Shown: piece after piece, positions 1 through 12,241 of the stretch
Position numbering within the stretch: the stretch's first letter is position 1
Layout: each line of letters begins with the position of its first letter
Assembly (NCBI GenBank): GCA_963711105.1
Contig: CAVQCV010000005.1
Coordinates: forward strand, 1,025,092-1,089,091
Source of the DNA: an uncultured Chloroflexia bacterium
GTDB lineage: Bacteria; Chloroflexota; Limnocylindria; Limnocylindrales; CSP1-4
Direction: 5' to 3'
DNA length: 64,000 bases
Notes under the pieces: model-generated
The model's database searches: none
The model's input: only the letters and a program-made list of their open reading frames with translations
What the model was told of the DNA's origin: nothing
Made by a program: the position numbers and the translations under genes

Positions 1-57
1 GGACCTCCCGGCCGGTTCCGTCGAACCTACCGCCCGGCGAACCAGGTCCGGGCGACC

Positions 58-1233
58 TCAGCTCGAGGCCGGCGTGGCGCTCGCCTCCGGCGAAGGTGAA
101 ACCGTCGCGGCGGGACTGGCCGTGGGCGTTGCCGCGGTGGGCGATCCGGTCGGCGCGGGCGACCCGCTGGCCCCCGGAGACCCCGACGCGGTCGGCTGGA
201 CCGACGGGAACTCTAGCGGCGATGGAGACGCGCTCGCGACCGGCAAGTCGAGGCCCTGCCGGATCAAGACCAGATTGGCCGTGTAGGCCTCGTCGTACTG
301 GGTGATCTGGTCCTGCAAGGCCGCTATCTCGTAAGTGGTCTGGGCCGTATCCACCAACTTCAGCACGGACACGAACTGGTCGGACGCGATCTTGAGGGTG
401 TTGACCCGATCCTGGGCGTCGCCCCAATCCTTCACTTCCATGATCGCGGCCGTCCAGCCGCTGATCTGGTTGGAGTAGGTCCGAACCGCAGCCTGGTAGT
501 TGGCCAGGTCGAATGGCGTGGCGGCCGCGGCGGCGGCAACATCCGCCCGAGCCTGCTCACGCAGCGGCGACCACTTCTTCTCGATCGTGCTGAACTGCTG
601 GCCCAGTGTCGGGGGCTTCAGATACGTCGTGTAGACCCACAATCCGCCGAGCAACAAGAACAGGACTGCCATCAGCGGGGCGTAGGCACGCACCCAGCGG
701 TAGGCAAGGCCGTGCTGCCGCTTCTTGCGTGGCGCGCTCCGGGCCGCTCGCCGGGCCTCGGCCCGACTTCGCGCTTCCGCCGCACCCTCGACGTTCCGAG
801 AACCGGCGGACCTGGAAGGCGTCGACGGAGTCTCGACCGGTTCGACTTCGTCCGACGTCGCCTCAATCGGCGTGGCCTCGGCCGGAGTGGCCTCCGCCGG
901 CTTGGGCTGGCGTGGCGTGTATTCGATGCGACCGTGGCCCTTCCGACCCGATCCGGATCGACCCCTGTGCGACTGCGGCGACAATGCGGACCTCCTGACA
1001 GCTACCTGCGAGCCGGCGGTCTCGGCGCCACTCGACTGGACCCTGAAACCGGCGGTGCGGCAGGCCCCGAGAGTCTGACACAACTGCCTGACGGGCGTGG
1101 CGGCGGGGCCCGTGGCGTGGCGATTGCCGGCTCGTTCCAAACGCCACCGACGACTCCCCGCCGGACCTGTCGGCAACCCGGCGTCCTCTGGGTGGCCGGC
1201 GACGCCTTCGTACCGATTCGCAACCTTTACCAA
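58..1233 (-). CDS. Hypothetical membrane-anchored protein with Ser/Pro/Ala/Thr-rich C-terminal tail
   Basis: 391-aa ORF. Basic cytoplasmic N-region, one predicted TM helix ([18 protein letters not shown]), then low-complexity SPAT-rich tail. Start uncertain and may be an internal Met. Confidence 0.5.
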   Translation of the reverse strand: MVKVANRYEGVAGHPEDAGLPTGPAGSRRWRLERAGNRHATGPAATPVRQLCQTLGACRTAGFRVQSSGAETAGSQVAVRRSALSPQSHRGRSGSGRKGHGRIEYTPRQPKPAEATPAEATPIEATSDEVEPVETPSTPSRSAGSRNVEGAAEARSRAEARRAARSAPRKKRQHGLAYRWVRAYAPLMAVLFLLLGGLWVYTTYLKPPTLGQQFSTIEKKWSPLREQARADVAAAAAATPFDLANYQAAVRTYSNQISGWTAAIMEVKDWGDAQDRVNTLKIASDQFVSVLKLVDTAQTTYEIAALQDQITQYDEAYTANLVLIRQGLDLPVASASPSPLEFPSVQPTASGSPGASGSPAPTGSPTAATPTASPAATVSPSPEASATPASS

Positions 1234-1363
1234 CTTGATTCCATGGCATCAAACGGGGGAAACTGCGATTTCCGCAACCGATGAGGGCTCCTGCCGGAGC
1301 AGGGAGCCCGTGTATACGTCTCTGCCGGCGCGACCGGACGGTCGGGTGGATCGCAGCTTGGAG

Positions 1364-4300
1364 ATGGAATTGGGCCAGACTGGCAGACCGCGAGCCCAGG
1401 GCCTGTACGACCCTGCCTACGAACACGACGCGTGCGGTTTCGGCTTCGTCGTGGATATCGCAGGCCGGCCGTCGCACGCCATCGTCCGCGACGCCCTGAC
1501 AGTCCTGGTCAACCTGGAACACCGCGGCGCCACCGGTTCGGAGAAGAACACCGGCGATGGGGCCGGTCTGACAATCCAGATCCCCCACCGGTTCCTTTCG
1601 GAGATGGCCGAGAAGTCGGGGATCCGGTTGCGCGGCCGCGGCGGCTACGGCGTCGGCATGGTCTTCCTGCCGCCGGACCGGATCAGCCGCGTCGAATGCT
1701 TCCGATTGTTCGAGCGCGTGGTCGAGGAAGAGGGCCTGCACTTCCTGGGCTGGCGCGAGGTCCCGACGGACAACACCGGCCTCGGCGCCAGCGCCAAGTC
1801 CAGCCAGCCACTCGTCCGCCAGGTCTTCATCGACCGGCCGGAGGGCCTGATCGAGGACCTCGCCTTCGAGCGCAAGCTCTACATCGTCCGACGCCTAGTC
1901 GAGAAGGCCGTGTCGCGGTCCGCCATCCCCAGCCGGGGCGACTTCTACATTCCTTCGCTGAGCTGCCGGACGGTGGTCTACAAGGGCATGCTCAACGCCT
2001 CCCAGCTTCGGACCTTCTACCCGGATCTGAACGACGAACGCGTCGAGAGCGCCATCGCCATGGTCCACTCGCGCTTCTCGACCAACACCTTCCCGTCGTG
2101 GGCGCGGGCCCATCCGTACCGCTACATATCCCACAACGGCGAGATCAACACCCTGCGCGGCAACATCAACTGGATGCACGCCCGCCAGAGCCAGTTCCAC
2201 TCGAAGCTGTTCGGCGATGAACTGACCAAGGCCCTGCCGGCGATCGACATCGACGGCTCGGACTCGGCGATCCTGGACAACACCCTCGAGCTGTTGTACC
2301 TCTCGGGCCGGAGTGTGGCCCACTCGCTGATGATGATGGTGCCCGAGCCCTGGCAGCACCACGAGTCGATGGCCCCGGAGAAGAAAGCCTTCTACGAGTT
2401 CCACTCCTGCCTGATGGAACCGTGGGACGGGCCCGCTTCCATCGCTTTCACGGACGGCATCCGAATCGGCGCCACGCTGGATCGCAACGGCCTGCGACCT
2501 GCCCGCTACTACGTCACCGCGGACGGCCGGGTCGTCATGGCGTCCGAAGCCGGCGTGCTGGATATCGACCCCTCTCAGGTCGTCGCCAAGGGCCGCCTCC
2601 AGCCGGGCCGCATGTTCCTCGTCGACACGATCGAACAACGCATCATCTCGGATGACGAGCTCAAGCACCGTGTCTCCACGGAGCACCCCTACCAGGATTG
2701 GATCCGTGAGTGGCTGGTCAGGCTGACCGAGCTGCCGCCCCCGCCACGGGTGATCGAGCCGGACCACGAGACCGTCCTGCGGCGCCAGGAAGTGTTCGGC
2801 TACACCGCCGAAGACGTTCGAGTCCAGATCAACGCCATGGCCGCGTCGGGCACGGACCCGGTCGGCGCGATGGGCAACGACCAGGCCCTGGCCGTGCTCT
2901 CCGAGCGGCCGCAGCTGCTCTACTCCTACTTCAAGCAGCTGTTCGCCCAGGTCACGAACCCGCCGATCGACGCCATCCGCGAGGAGATCATCACCGCGAC
3001 CGAGATGGCCATCGGCCCCGAGGGCAACCTCCTCGAGCCGGAGCCGCAGGCGGCCCATCAGCTGGAGCTGCCTTCCCCGGTCCTCTCGAACGAGGAACTG
3101 GAGAAGATCCGGCACCTGTCCTCCGCGGAGGGACCGCACGGCTTCCGGACCCTGACTCTGCCGATCCTCTACAGCGTCTCGGATGGCGGCTCGGGCTTGC
3201 GCAAGGCGATCGAGCAGCTCCGCGACCGGGCCTCGGAGGCCATCGCCGAAGGGCACAACATAATCATCCTCTCGGATCGAGGGCACACCGAGGAAGAGGC
3301 GCCCATTCCCGCACTCCTCGCGGTCGCGGCCGTGCATCACCACCTGGTCAGGTCGGGCACGCGTACCCGTGTCGGTCTGGTTCTCGAGTCCGGCGAGCCG
3401 CGCGAGGTCCATCACTTCGCCCTGCTGATCGGCTACGGGGCGAGCGCCGTCAACCCGTACCTCGCGTTCGAGACCATCCACGACCAGGTCCGCCTGGGCA
3501 TGATCGCGGGCGACGCCGAGCACGCCGAGAAGAAGTACCGCAAGGCGATCGCCAAGGGCATCGTCAAGGTCATCTCCAAGATGGGCATCAGCACCATCCA
3601 GAGCTACCACGGCGCCCAGGTTTTCGAAGCCATAGGCCTCAACCAGGACTTCGTCGACGAGTACTTCACCGGCACGCCGACGCGCATCAGCGGCATCGGA
3701 GTCGATGTGGTCGCGCGCGAAGTGAAGATGCGACAGGACCGGGCCTATCCGCCACGCCGTCCCGTCTATCACAAGCAGCTGGGAACGGGCGGCAGCATCC
3801 AGTTCCGCGACGACGGCGAGCGCCACCTCCTGACGCCGCTGTCCATCGCCCAGCTCCAGCATGCGACGCGGACCGGCAGCTACGAGGCGTTCAAGGAGTA
3901 CTCGCACCTCATCGACGACCAGTCGGAAGGGCTGTGCACGCTGCGCGGCCTGATGGAGTTCAAGCCGAACCACCGGCACGCCGTCTCCATCGACGAGGTC
4001 GAGCCGGTGGAGTCGATAGTCAAGCGCTTCAAGACGGGCGCGATGAGCTACGGCTCCATCTCCCAGGAAGCCCACGAAGCCCTGGCCATCGCGATGAACC
4101 GCCTCGGCGGCAAGTCGAACACCGGCGAAGGCGGCGAGGACCCGGCTCGCTTCGAGACCATGCCCAACGGCGACTCGATGAAGAGTGCCATCAAGCAGGT
4201 CGCCTCCGGTCGCTTTGGCGTGACGAGCGAGTATCTCGTCAGCGCCCGAGAGATCCAGATCAAGATGGCCCAGGGCGCCAAGCCCGGTGAGGGCGGTCAG

Positions 4301-6004
4301 CTGCCCGGAACCAAGGTCTATCCCTGGATCGCCAAGGTCCGCCACTCGACGCCCGGCGTCGGCCTCATCAGCCCGCCACCGCACCACGATATCTACTCCA
4401 TCGAGGATCTGGCCGAGCTGATCCACGACCTCAAGAACGCCAACCCCACGGCGCGCATCTCGGTCAAGCTCGTGTCCGAGGTCGGCGTCGGGACGATCGC
4501 CGCGGGCGTCGCCAAAGCCCACGCGGACGTGATCCTGATCAGCGGCTACGACGGCGGGACGGGCGCGTCGCCGCTCAGCTCGATCAAGCACGCCGGCCTG
4601 CCGTGGGAACTGGGCATCGCCGAGACGAACCAGGTCCTCCTGATCAACGACCTTCGCTCGCGCGTCGCCGTCGAAGTCGACGGCCAGATGAAGACCGGCC
4701 GCGACGTTGTCGTCGGTGCGCTGCTGGGCGCCGAGGAGTTCGGCTTCTCGACCGCCCCGCTGATCTCCCTCGGCTGCGTGATGATGAGGGTCTGCAACCT
4801 CAACACCTGCCCGGTCGGTATCGCCACCCAGGATCCGGAACTCCGACACCGGTTCGCAGGCGATCCGGAGTACGTGGTCAACTTCATGAAGTTCGTGGCC
4901 CAGGAAGTGCGGGAGCACATGGCCGTTCTCGGCTTCCGGACCTTCGAGGAGATGGTCGGCCACTCCGAGCGCCTGGAGATGCGCCGGGCCATCGACCATT
5001 GGAAGGCCCACAACCTGGACTTCAGCCGGATCCTGTACCAGCCGCAGGTGCCCAAGGGCGTCGGCCGGACGTGCCAGATAGTCCAGGAGCACAAGCTCGA
5101 GCAGTCGCTCGACGCCACGACGCTCATCCCGCTCTGTGCCCCGGCTCTGGAGCGCGGCGAAAAGGTCGAGGCCGAGCTACCGATCCACAACACCAACCGG
5201 GTCGTGGCCACGTCGCTCGGCTCCGAGGTCACCCGCCGCTACGGCGGGGAGGGCCTGCCGGAGGACACGATCAAGCTCCACTTCAGGGGCTCGGCCGGTC
5301 AGAGCTTCGGCGCGTTCGTGCCGCGGGGCGTCACCCTGACCCTCGAAGGCGACACCAACGACTACCTTGGGAAGGGCTTGTCCGGCGGCAAGATCATCCT
5401 CTTCCCGCCGCGTGAAGCGAGCTTCGTGCCCGAGGACAACGTCATCGCCGGCAACGTCGCCTTCTACGGCGCCACGTCCGGCGAGGCCTACATCCGCGGC
5501 GTCGCCGGGGAGCGCTTCTGCGTCCGCAACTCCGGGGTCAGCGCCGTGATCGAAGGCCTGGGCGACCACGGCTGCGAGTACATGACCGGTGGCCGCGTGG
5601 TAGTCATCGGCAAGACCGGGCGCAACTTCGCCGCCGGCATGTCCGGTGGCGTGGCCTACGTCCTGGACGAAAGCGGCGAGGGCGGAGCGGCCGGAGGGGG
5701 CTTCGAGCGAGTCTGCAACAAGGAGATGGTCCAGCTGTTTCCGCTCTCGAATCCGGAGGAAGTGGCCGCGGTTCGCCATCTGCTCGAAAACCACGCCGAA
5801 TACACAGGCAGCGCGAGAGCGAAGGCCCTTCTCGCCGATTGGGAGACGACGGTCAACCGGTTCATCCGGGTCGTGCCCAACGACTACCGCCGAGTTCTCG
5901 AGGCCCAGGCGCGCATGCGCGAGCGCGGCATGAGCCAGGAGGAAGCCGAGATGGCCGCCTTCGACGAGAACGTCCAGGACGCGCGACGCGTGGCGGGGAA
6001 CTAG
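1364..6004 (+). CDS. gltB: Glutamate synthase large subunit (GOGAT alpha)
   Basis: N-terminal Ntn amidotransferase Cys (ACGFGFV), plus FMN and Fe-S central and C-terminal GXGXG domains, about 1546 aa. Start taken at ATG 1364 (MELGQTG...) and the upstream in-frame extension from 1097 ignored. Confidence 0.95.
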   Translation: MELGQTGRPRAQGLYDPAYEHDACGFGFVVDIAGRPSHAIVRDALTVLVNLEHRGATGSEKNTGDGAGLTIQIPHRFLSEMAEKSGIRLRGRGGYGVGMVFLPPDRISRVECFRLFERVVEEEGLHFLGWREVPTDNTGLGASAKSSQPLVRQVFIDRPEGLIEDLAFERKLYIVRRLVEKAVSRSAIPSRGDFYIPSLSCRTVVYKGMLNASQLRTFYPDLNDERVESAIAMVHSRFSTNTFPSWARAHPYRYISHNGEINTLRGNINWMHARQSQFHSKLFGDELTKALPAIDIDGSDSAILDNTLELLYLSGRSVAHSLMMMVPEPWQHHESMAPEKKAFYEFHSCLMEPWDGPASIAFTDGIRIGATLDRNGLRPARYYVTADGRVVMASEAGVLDIDPSQVVAKGRLQPGRMFLVDTIEQRIISDDELKHRVSTEHPYQDWIREWLVRLTELPPPPRVIEPDHETVLRRQEVFGYTAEDVRVQINAMAASGTDPVGAMGNDQALAVLSERPQLLYSYFKQLFAQVTNPPIDAIREEIITATEMAIGPEGNLLEPEPQAAHQLELPSPVLSNEELEKIRHLSSAEGPHGFRTLTLPILYSVSDGGSGLRKAIEQLRDRASEAIAEGHNIIILSDRGHTEEEAPIPALLAVAAVHHHLVRSGTRTRVGLVLESGEPREVHHFALLIGYGASAVNPYLAFETIHDQVRLGMIAGDAEHAEKKYRKAIAKGIVKVISKMGISTIQSYHGAQVFEAIGLNQDFVDEYFTGTPTRISGIGVDVVAREVKMRQDRAYPPRRPVYHKQLGTGGSIQFRDDGERHLLTPLSIAQLQHATRTGSYEAFKEYSHLIDDQSEGLCTLRGLMEFKPNHRHAVSIDEVEPVESIVKRFKTGAMSYGSISQEAHEALAIAMNRLGGKSNTGEGGEDPARFETMPNGDSMKSAIKQVASGRFGVTSEYLVSAREIQIKMAQGAKPGEGGQLPGTKVYPWIAKVRHSTPGVGLISPPPHHDIYSIEDLAELIHDLKNANPTARISVKLVSEVGVGTIAAGVAKAHADVILISGYDGGTGASPLSSIKHAGLPWELGIAETNQVLLINDLRSRVAVEVDGQMKTGRDVVVGALLGAEEFGFSTAPLISLGCVMMRVCNLNTCPVGIATQDPELRHRFAGDPEYVVNFMKFVAQEVREHMAVLGFRTFEEMVGHSERLEMRRAIDHWKAHNLDFSRILYQPQVPKGVGRTCQIVQEHKLEQSLDATTLIPLCAPALERGEKVEAELPIHNTNRVVATSLGSEVTRRYGGEGLPEDTIKLHFRGSAGQSFGAFVPRGVTLTLEGDTNDYLGKGLSGGKIILFPPREASFVPEDNVIAGNVAFYGATSGEAYIRGVAGERFCVRNSGVSAVIEGLGDHGCEYMTGGRVVVIGKTGRNFAAGMSGGVAYVLDESGEGGAAGGGFERVCNKEMVQLFPLSNPEEVAAVRHLLENHAEYTGSARAKALLADWETTVNRFIRVVPNDYRRVLEAQARMRERGMSQEEAEMAAFDENVQDARRVAGN

Positions 6005-6006
6005 CG

Positions 6007-7479
6007 ATGGGCAAGCCGACGGGTTTCATGGAGTTCGAGCGCGAGCCCGCGCACACCCGACCACCGCTCGAGCGAATCAAAGATTGGTCCGACGCCCATC
6101 CCGAATACGACGAGAAGACGCTCCGGGACCAGGGCGCCAGGTGCATGGACTGCGGCATCCCTTACTGCCACACCGGCGAACTGGTCAAGGGTCTGGCGGT
6201 CGGCTGCCCGATCAACAACCTGATCCCGGAGTGGAACGACCTCGTCTACCGGGGCCAGTGGCGCGAGGCGATCATCCGCCTCCACAAGACCAACAACTTC
6301 CCGGAGTTCACCGGCCGCGTCTGTCCGGCGCCGTGCGAGGGTTCATGCACGCTCGGCATCAACCAGCCGCCGGTGATGATCAAGAACAACGAGCTGGAAA
6401 TCATCGAGCGCGCCTTCCGCGAAGGCTGGGTCGTGCCCGAGCCGCCGCTGGCCCGCACCGGGTTCAAGGTCGCGGTCGTCGGATCCGGGCCGGCCGGCCT
6501 GTCCGCCGCCGCGCAACTGAATCGCGCCGGCCACGAAGTCACCGTCTACGAGCGTGACGATCGGGTCGGCGGCTTGCTCATGTACGGCATCCCGAACATG
6601 AAGCTGGACAAGGGCGTCGTTCAGCGCCGCGTCGACATCCTCGCGGCCGAGGGCATCACGTTCGTGACCGGCGTGGAAGTCGGCCGAACCATCGAGGCGG
6701 ACAAGCTCGTCGCCGATTTCGACGCCGTCGTTCTGGCGACCGGTTCGACGGTGCCGCGCGATCTGCGCGTCGAGGGCCGCGAGCTGACGGGCGTCCACTT
6801 CGCCATGGACTATCTGGCCGCCAACACCAGGGCCGTCCTCGGCGGCACCGAGCCGCCCATCTCGGCGAAGGGCAAGAACGTCATCGTCATCGGCGGCGGC
6901 GACACCGGCACTGACTGCGTCGGCACGGCCATCCGCCACGGCGCGAAGAGCGTCACCCAGCTCAAGATCCTGCCCAAGCCGCCCGACACCCGGGCCGACG
7001 ACAACCCCTGGCCGCAGTGGCCCAAGGTCTACAAGCTCGACTACGGCCAGGAAGAGGCCGCCGCGATGTGGGGCGCAGACCCGCGCCGCTACCTCGTCAA
7101 CACTCGCCGCCTGACCGGCGAGAACGGCCACGTCAAGGCCATCGAGACCGTCGAGATCGAGTGGGTCCACTCCGACGGCCGCCTCACCATGAAGGAGTGC
7201 GAGGGCACGGCGCAGGTGCTGCCGGCGGACCTCGTCCTGATCGCGATGGGCTTCGTCGGGCCGCAGCCGGAACTGCCGGCGGCCTTCGGCTGCAAGCTGG
7301 ACCACCGCGGCAACATCGTCCACGACCAGGATCAGTTGACGTCCGTGCCGGGCGTCTTCGCGGCCGGCGACTGCGCCCGGGGCCAGTCGCTCGTCGTCTG
7401 GGCCATCCGGGAGGGCCGCCGGGCCGCCCGCGGCGTCGACAAGTATCTGATGTACGGCGAGACCGTCCTGCCGGGCTGA
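6007..7479 (+). CDS. gltD: Glutamate synthase small subunit (NADPH, beta)
   Basis: [13 protein letters not shown] start 3 bp after the gltB stop. Fe-S Cys clusters and FAD/NADPH GxGxxG ([14 protein letters not shown]) present. Confidence 0.95.
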   Translation: MGKPTGFMEFEREPAHTRPPLERIKDWSDAHPEYDEKTLRDQGARCMDCGIPYCHTGELVKGLAVGCPINNLIPEWNDLVYRGQWREAIIRLHKTNNFPEFTGRVCPAPCEGSCTLGINQPPVMIKNNELEIIERAFREGWVVPEPPLARTGFKVAVVGSGPAGLSAAAQLNRAGHEVTVYERDDRVGGLLMYGIPNMKLDKGVVQRRVDILAAEGITFVTGVEVGRTIEADKLVADFDAVVLATGSTVPRDLRVEGRELTGVHFAMDYLAANTRAVLGGTEPPISAKGKNVIVIGGGDTGTDCVGTAIRHGAKSVTQLKILPKPPDTRADDNPWPQWPKVYKLDYGQEEAAAMWGADPRRYLVNTRRLTGENGHVKAIETVEIEWVHSDGRLTMKECEGTAQVLPADLVLIAMGFVGPQPELPAAFGCKLDHRGNIVHDQDQLTSVPGVFAAGDCARGQSLVVWAIREGRRAARGVDKYLMYGETVLPG

Positions 7480-7507
7480 ACCCGGCCTCAATTGCTCGGA
7501 AGTACGG

Positions 7508-8092
7508 TCAGGGCGCCGGAGCAGGACTTGGCACGTTGCCGTACGTGGCCGGGCTGACCCACGACAGCGGACCGCCCCAGTAGCGGAGCCAGGCGCGCCC
7601 GATGACCGACGATTTGGCGATGGGCCCGAAGACCCGCAAATCTTGAGACGCCTGGCGGTGGTCGCCCAGCACGAACAGGTACCCGTCCGGCACGACCCAG
7701 CTCGACTGGTCGGTTATCGGAGCGGTCTCCTGGCCGGGGTAGACGTAGGGCTCGTCGAGCTTCGCGCCGTTGACCCAAACCGCGCCGTCGTGGACGTCGA
7801 CCCGATCCCCGGCGACGGCGACGACGCGCTTGATGAACGGCACGTCCTGGCCGTCCTCGCGGTACCCGGCGGGCGGCTCGAACACGATCACGTCGCCCCT
7901 TCTGTAGTCCGTGAAGTGGGGCGAGAGCTTGTCGACCAGGACGTACTGGCCCGGCTCGAGGGTGGGCTCCATAGAGACCTGGAGTATCTGGTAGGGCTGG
8001 GCGACGAAGTTCTGGACGACGAAGAAGATGATCAGCGTCAGAACGATCGTCTCGACGATCTCGAAGAGGCAGCCTCGCCAGTTGGCCTTCAT
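7508..8092 (-). CDS. lepB: Signal peptidase I
   Basis: 195 aa from internal Met (MKANWRG...). N-terminal TM, catalytic Ser region (VSMEPTL), Lys box (KRVVAVAGD), GDHRQASQDLR box. Confidence 0.85.
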   Translation of the reverse strand: MKANWRGCLFEIVETIVLTLIIFFVVQNFVAQPYQILQVSMEPTLEPGQYVLVDKLSPHFTDYRRGDVIVFEPPAGYREDGQDVPFIKRVVAVAGDRVDVHDGAVWVNGAKLDEPYVYPGQETAPITDQSSWVVPDGYLFVLGDHRQASQDLRVFGPIAKSSVIGRAWLRYWGGPLSWVSPATYGNVPSPAPAP

Positions 8093-8533
8093 GCAGGTTC
8101 GCCTCGATTGGTGCGGGCGACCCCGCGATGGACGCCTGGAATTGCCTAGAAGGTAGCATCTCCGACCGAATCCACGAGCGCGGCCCCGGCGCAGGTATCG
8201 GAGGCCAGTGCCGGCAGACCGTGCGCGCGGGGCGCCGCCCGTTCGTCCGGGTCGGCGAACCCTCGTGTCGATTGTCCGGTATCGTCTCCGACGTGAGTAC
8301 GATCGTGGAGTTCCGAGGGCCGTTCCGTCTGGTCGAAGAAGGGGCAAATCGGCTGCGCCGCATGGGCCGCGGAACCTGGTACTGCCGCTGTGGCACCGTG
8401 GCCACCGCCACACGCGGCAAGCCGCGCTGCGACGAGTGCCGCTCCGGTCGCGATTGCGGTCTCGACTGCAGCCTGACGAGCCTCCTTTGCCCCAGCTGCG
8501 GCGCCAGCCTCACGCAACCCTAGGATCCCGGGC

Positions 8534-9979
8534 ATGGCCACCGCTTCGAACCCTGCAGCCCACCCCATCTACCTGGCCGGCCGCTGGGTCGAGTCGCCCG
8601 AAAGACTGGGCGTCGCCAATCCCGCCCGGCCCGGCGAGATGGCCGGCGCCACGTTCTACGCCACTCCGGAGCAATACGAGGAGGCCGTGCGGGCCGCCGT
8701 CGCGGCGTTCGAAGCGACCCGCAAGCTGCCGGCTTACCAGCGCAGCGCGGCCCTTCGCCACATCAGCGAGGGCATCGCGACCCGTCGCGAGGAACTGGGC
8801 CGCCTGATCGCCACCGAATCGGGCAAGCCTATCCGCGACGCCCTTGGAGAGGTGGACCGGGCGGTGCTGACGTTTCGGATAGGCGCGGAGGAAGCCGAAC
8901 GGATCGGCGGCGAACTCATCCCCCTGGACCTGAACCCGGCATCGCGCGGACGGACCGGCATCGTCCGCCGCTTCCCGATCGGCCCGATCGCGGCCGTCAG
9001 TCCGTTCAACTTCCCGCTCAATCTCGCCGCCCACAAGCTTGCCCCGGCCATCGCTTCGGGCAACCCGATCGTCCTCAAGCCGCCGTCCAGGGACCCGCTC
9101 ACGATGCTAGCCGTGGCCGAAAGCGTGGCCGAGGCCGGGCTCCCGGACGGGGCGGTGAGCATCCTGCCCATGACGCGCGAGCTGGGCGACCGCATGGTTT
9201 CCGACGAGCGCTTCAAGCTCCTGACCTTCACCGGCAGCCCCGAAGTAGGCTGGAAGATGAAGGAGCGGGCCGGCAAGAAGAAGGTCGTCCTCGAACTGGG
9301 CGGCAACGCCGGCGTCATCGTCGATCGAACGGCGGACCTGGCCTGGGCGGCCTCGCGCGTCGTCAGCGGCGCCTTCAGCTATGCCGGCCAGGTGTGCATC
9401 AGCGTCCAACGCGTGTTCGTGCACGAATCGATCTGGGGCGAGCTCATGGACCGCCTGCTTGAGCTCGCTGGCAACCTCAGGATCGGCGATCCCCTCGATC
9501 CCGCGACCGACATCGGTCCGATGGTGGACGAAGCCGCCGTCGCGCGCACCCAGGCCTGGGTCGATGAAGCCGTCTCCCTGGGCGGGCGGACGCTTCTGGG
9601 CGGCAAGGCCGACGGGCAGTTCTTTCCACCAACCATCCTGATCGACACGCCGGCGCAGGCGAGGGTTTGCCGGAACGAGGCTTTCGCGCCACTGCTGGTC
9701 GCCTTTCCTTTTGCGCACTTCGACGACGCCATCCGCCGGGTCAACAATTCGGCCTACGGCCTGCAAGCCGGCGTCTTCACCAACGACCTGACCCACGCCT
9801 GGACGGCCTTCGAGGAAATCGAGGCGGGTGGGGTGATCGTCAACGACGTACCCACGTATCGCATCGACCACATGCCCTACGGAGGCTCGAAGGACTCCGG
9901 CCAGGGCCGCGAGGGCGTGCGCTACGCAATTGAAGACATGACCGAGCTTCGGATCATGGTCCTGGCCCAGCCCGGCTGA
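8534..9979 (+). CDS. NAD(P)-dependent aldehyde dehydrogenase family protein
   Basis: 481 aa. ALDH fold motifs (ELGGNAG; catalytic Cys region GQVCIS; PYGGSKDSG). Confidence 0.85.
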   Translation: MATASNPAAHPIYLAGRWVESPERLGVANPARPGEMAGATFYATPEQYEEAVRAAVAAFEATRKLPAYQRSAALRHISEGIATRREELGRLIATESGKPIRDALGEVDRAVLTFRIGAEEAERIGGELIPLDLNPASRGRTGIVRRFPIGPIAAVSPFNFPLNLAAHKLAPAIASGNPIVLKPPSRDPLTMLAVAESVAEAGLPDGAVSILPMTRELGDRMVSDERFKLLTFTGSPEVGWKMKERAGKKKVVLELGGNAGVIVDRTADLAWAASRVVSGAFSYAGQVCISVQRVFVHESIWGELMDRLLELAGNLRIGDPLDPATDIGPMVDEAAVARTQAWVDEAVSLGGRTLLGGKADGQFFPPTILIDTPAQARVCRNEAFAPLLVAFPFAHFDDAIRRVNNSAYGLQAGVFTNDLTHAWTAFEEIEAGGVIVNDVPTYRIDHMPYGGSKDSGQGREGVRYAIEDMTELRIMVLAQPG

Positions 9980-10011
9980 GCGAGGCGCGCCCGTCGCCGC
10001 GGCCCGGGGGC

Positions 10012-10846
10012 CTAGTCCCAGCGCATCAGCGAGCCGAACGACCAGCGCATTGCCTCCACCAGAGATGCATCGAGGGGCAAGCTGACCGTCGCCTGCTGTC
10101 CGGTAGCCCGGCCGACGACACGGACGTTCAGGTATTCGCCGGTCCAGGCCAGCGAACTCAGCCTGTCGCGCGGGACGGCCAGGACGTCCACGCCGTAGCG
10201 GGTCGTGTCGTCCAGGTACTCCGGCGGTTCCGAGGCGATGACCAGCTCCCGAGCGCCCAGCAGGGCGACGCCGCAGGCGGGGCCGCTTCTGGTCCGCGGG
10301 GCCGCCACGTTCCCGACGGCGATTCGAGCCGGTTCCGTGAGATCGGGCCGGACGCTCGCGAATTCCAGGACCACCGCCCACTTGTGCGGCAACTCGTCCG
10401 GGCCCCGGCCGGCCTTCGACCCATCCATCCAGACGAAAGCCGAATCCACGGGCAAGACGGTGCCCGCCATAGTGCGGCGCAACGCGTCCAGGCCGGGCTG
10501 CAGCGAGTCCCGGCTCGCGGTGTTGTAGCGAACGGCGATGCCCGAGTTCGCGGCCATCAGGCGCAGCTTCCCGTACAGGAGGATCTGGCGATCCTCCACG
10601 AAGAGCAACTCGTCGATGGGCACCGACGTCAGGCGGCCCTGCATACCGTCCTCGACCCAGAGGGCAACGACCGAATCGCCGAAGCCGAGGACCTCGGTTG
10701 GGGTGGCGATGGGCCGCAGACCGGCCAGATGCGTCGCCCGCGGAATCACGAACAGGCGCTCGGGGGCCAGTTCGCCACAGGCAGCCTGGATGGCAGACAC
10801 GGCCTCCGGCGGCGGTTCGAGGCGCTGCCCCCGGTCTGCGTGCATT
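10012..10846 (-). CDS. Hypothetical protein
   Basis: C-terminal roughly 277 aa of a long minus ORF. The upstream part of that ORF overlaps ada in another frame and is discounted. No recognisable motifs. Confidence 0.45.
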
Positions 10847-10957
10847 TCTTCACTGGTGCCGATGCCCTGGTCCACCCAGCGGCCTCCCTTCGCAGGCAGC
10901 TTTGCCAGAGCGATAGTACGTGACGCGGCCGCCCGGCGAGGGGCCGGCCGGAACCGG

Positions 10958-12130
10958 CTACTCGAGGCCGGAGGCCAGGACGGTGGGCCTGCGGGGATCG
11001 CGCTCGGTCGGGGAGCTGCCGGCCCGTTCGGCGGCCAGGAGCTGCTTCTTGCGCGCCAGCCCGTACGCATAGCCGTGCAGCGAGCCGTCCGAGGCGACCA
11101 CGCGATGGCACGGCACGACGATTGCGACCGGGTTCGCCGCGCAGGCGGCACCGACGGCCCGGGCCGCCCGCGGCGCCCCCACCGACGCCGCGACATCGCC
11201 GTAGGAGCGCGTCTGCCCGGCCGGGATCTGGCGCAGCGCATCCCAAACCCGCCGCCGGAACGCGGTCGCGTGAACGTCGAGCGGCAAAGTGCTCGCCTCG
11301 GGGCGCGGATTGCCCGCCGCCAGATCCGACACGAGCGCGGCCACCTCGCCCATGCCCGAGTCGTCGCGCGTAACGGCCGCGCCTGAGTACTCGCGCCGGA
11401 GATCGCCGGCCAGATCGTCCGCTTCCGTTCCCAGCCGTACCGCGCACAAGCCCCGATCCGTGGCCGCGACCAGCGCCACTCCGTCCGGGATCGGCGCGAG
11501 TGTCCAGCGGATCCGCTCCCCCGCCCCACCCGCTTTGTACCTGCCCGGGGCCATGCCGAGCTCCGTGCCGGCCGCCTCGTAGCCCGAGCTCGACGACCCG
11601 TAGCCCGCCTCGAACAGCGCGCCCAGGACGTCGCGCCCACTGGAGAGGTGGGCCCGGAGATGCTCGGCCCGGCGCGCGGCCGCCCAGGCCCTGGGCGTGA
11701 CTCCCAGCCGCTCGCGAAAGAGCTCCCGCAGCCGCCGCTCCGGCACTCCCGCGGCCGCCGCGAGCTCGCGATCGCCCGGGGCTTCCTCGCCGGAGGCCAG
11801 CGCCACGCCGAGCGTGGCCACTGTCAATTCCACGGGATCGCGGCGGGCGCTTGGATCGTCGCCCGAGGCCTCGCCGTCGAACCGGCGCTCTGGATGGCAG
11901 CGCAGGCAAGGCCTCGCCCCAGCCTCGAGCGCCTCGTCGAGGCTTTTCACGATCCGGACCCGGTCCCGCCCGGGCGTCCGGGCCGGGCACCCCGGCCGGC
12001 ACACGATGCCGGTGCTCGTGACGACCAGCAGCCACGTGCGTCCGCCGGCCGGACGCCGTTCCGCGATCGCCGCCCACTCTTCGTCCGTCGGCGCCGAACC
12101 GACCTGACTGAGTCGCTGTCGCTGATTCAT
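10958..12130 (-). CDS. ada: Bifunctional Ada regulator / O6-methylguanine-DNA methyltransferase (Ada zinc domain + AraC HTH + MGMT)
   Basis: N-terminal Ada Zn-binding motif (TGIVCRPGCPAR...RPCLRCHPE), central AraC-type HTH, C-terminal MGMT with PCHRVV active-site Cys. Confidence 0.85.
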   Translation of the reverse strand: MNQRQRLSQVGSAPTDEEWAAIAERRPAGGRTWLLVVTSTGIVCRPGCPARTPGRDRVRIVKSLDEALEAGARPCLRCHPERRFDGEASGDDPSARRDPVELTVATLGVALASGEEAPGDRELAAAAGVPERRLRELFRERLGVTPRAWAAARRAEHLRAHLSSGRDVLGALFEAGYGSSSSGYEAAGTELGMAPGRYKAGGAGERIRWTLAPIPDGVALVAATDRGLCAVRLGTEADDLAGDLRREYSGAAVTRDDSGMGEVAALVSDLAAGNPRPEASTLPLDVHATAFRRRVWDALRQIPAGQTRSYGDVAASVGAPRAARAVGAACAANPVAIVVPCHRVVASDGSLHGYAYGLARKKQLLAAERAGSSPTERDPRRPTVLASGLE

Positions 12131-12241
12131 GCGCCGATCCTAGTCGCCCCGGCGGCCGGCGACTTCCGGCCGAGTGCTTTGGCCCGGCGAACTCGACGCC
12201 CGACCCGCTACAGTCGCGCCCATGCAGGAAGTGCAAGCGTC

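Noticed and set aside
1895-5092. 1065-aa minus-strand ORF
   Set aside because: Entirely antisense to gltB. It is a stop-poor high-GC artefact with repetitive low-complexity translation.
8128-8523. Cys-rich 131-aa ORF (possible zinc-ribbon peptide) in the lepB-ALDH intergenic region
   Set aside because: No SD or credible start. It lies in a divergent/convergent promoter region, and its Cys spacing is irregular. It is kept only as a remote possibility.
10012-11640. 542-aa ORF treated as one gene
   Set aside because: Its upstream two-thirds overlaps ada in another frame. Only the C-terminal roughly 277 aa outside ada are kept as a hypothetical CDS.
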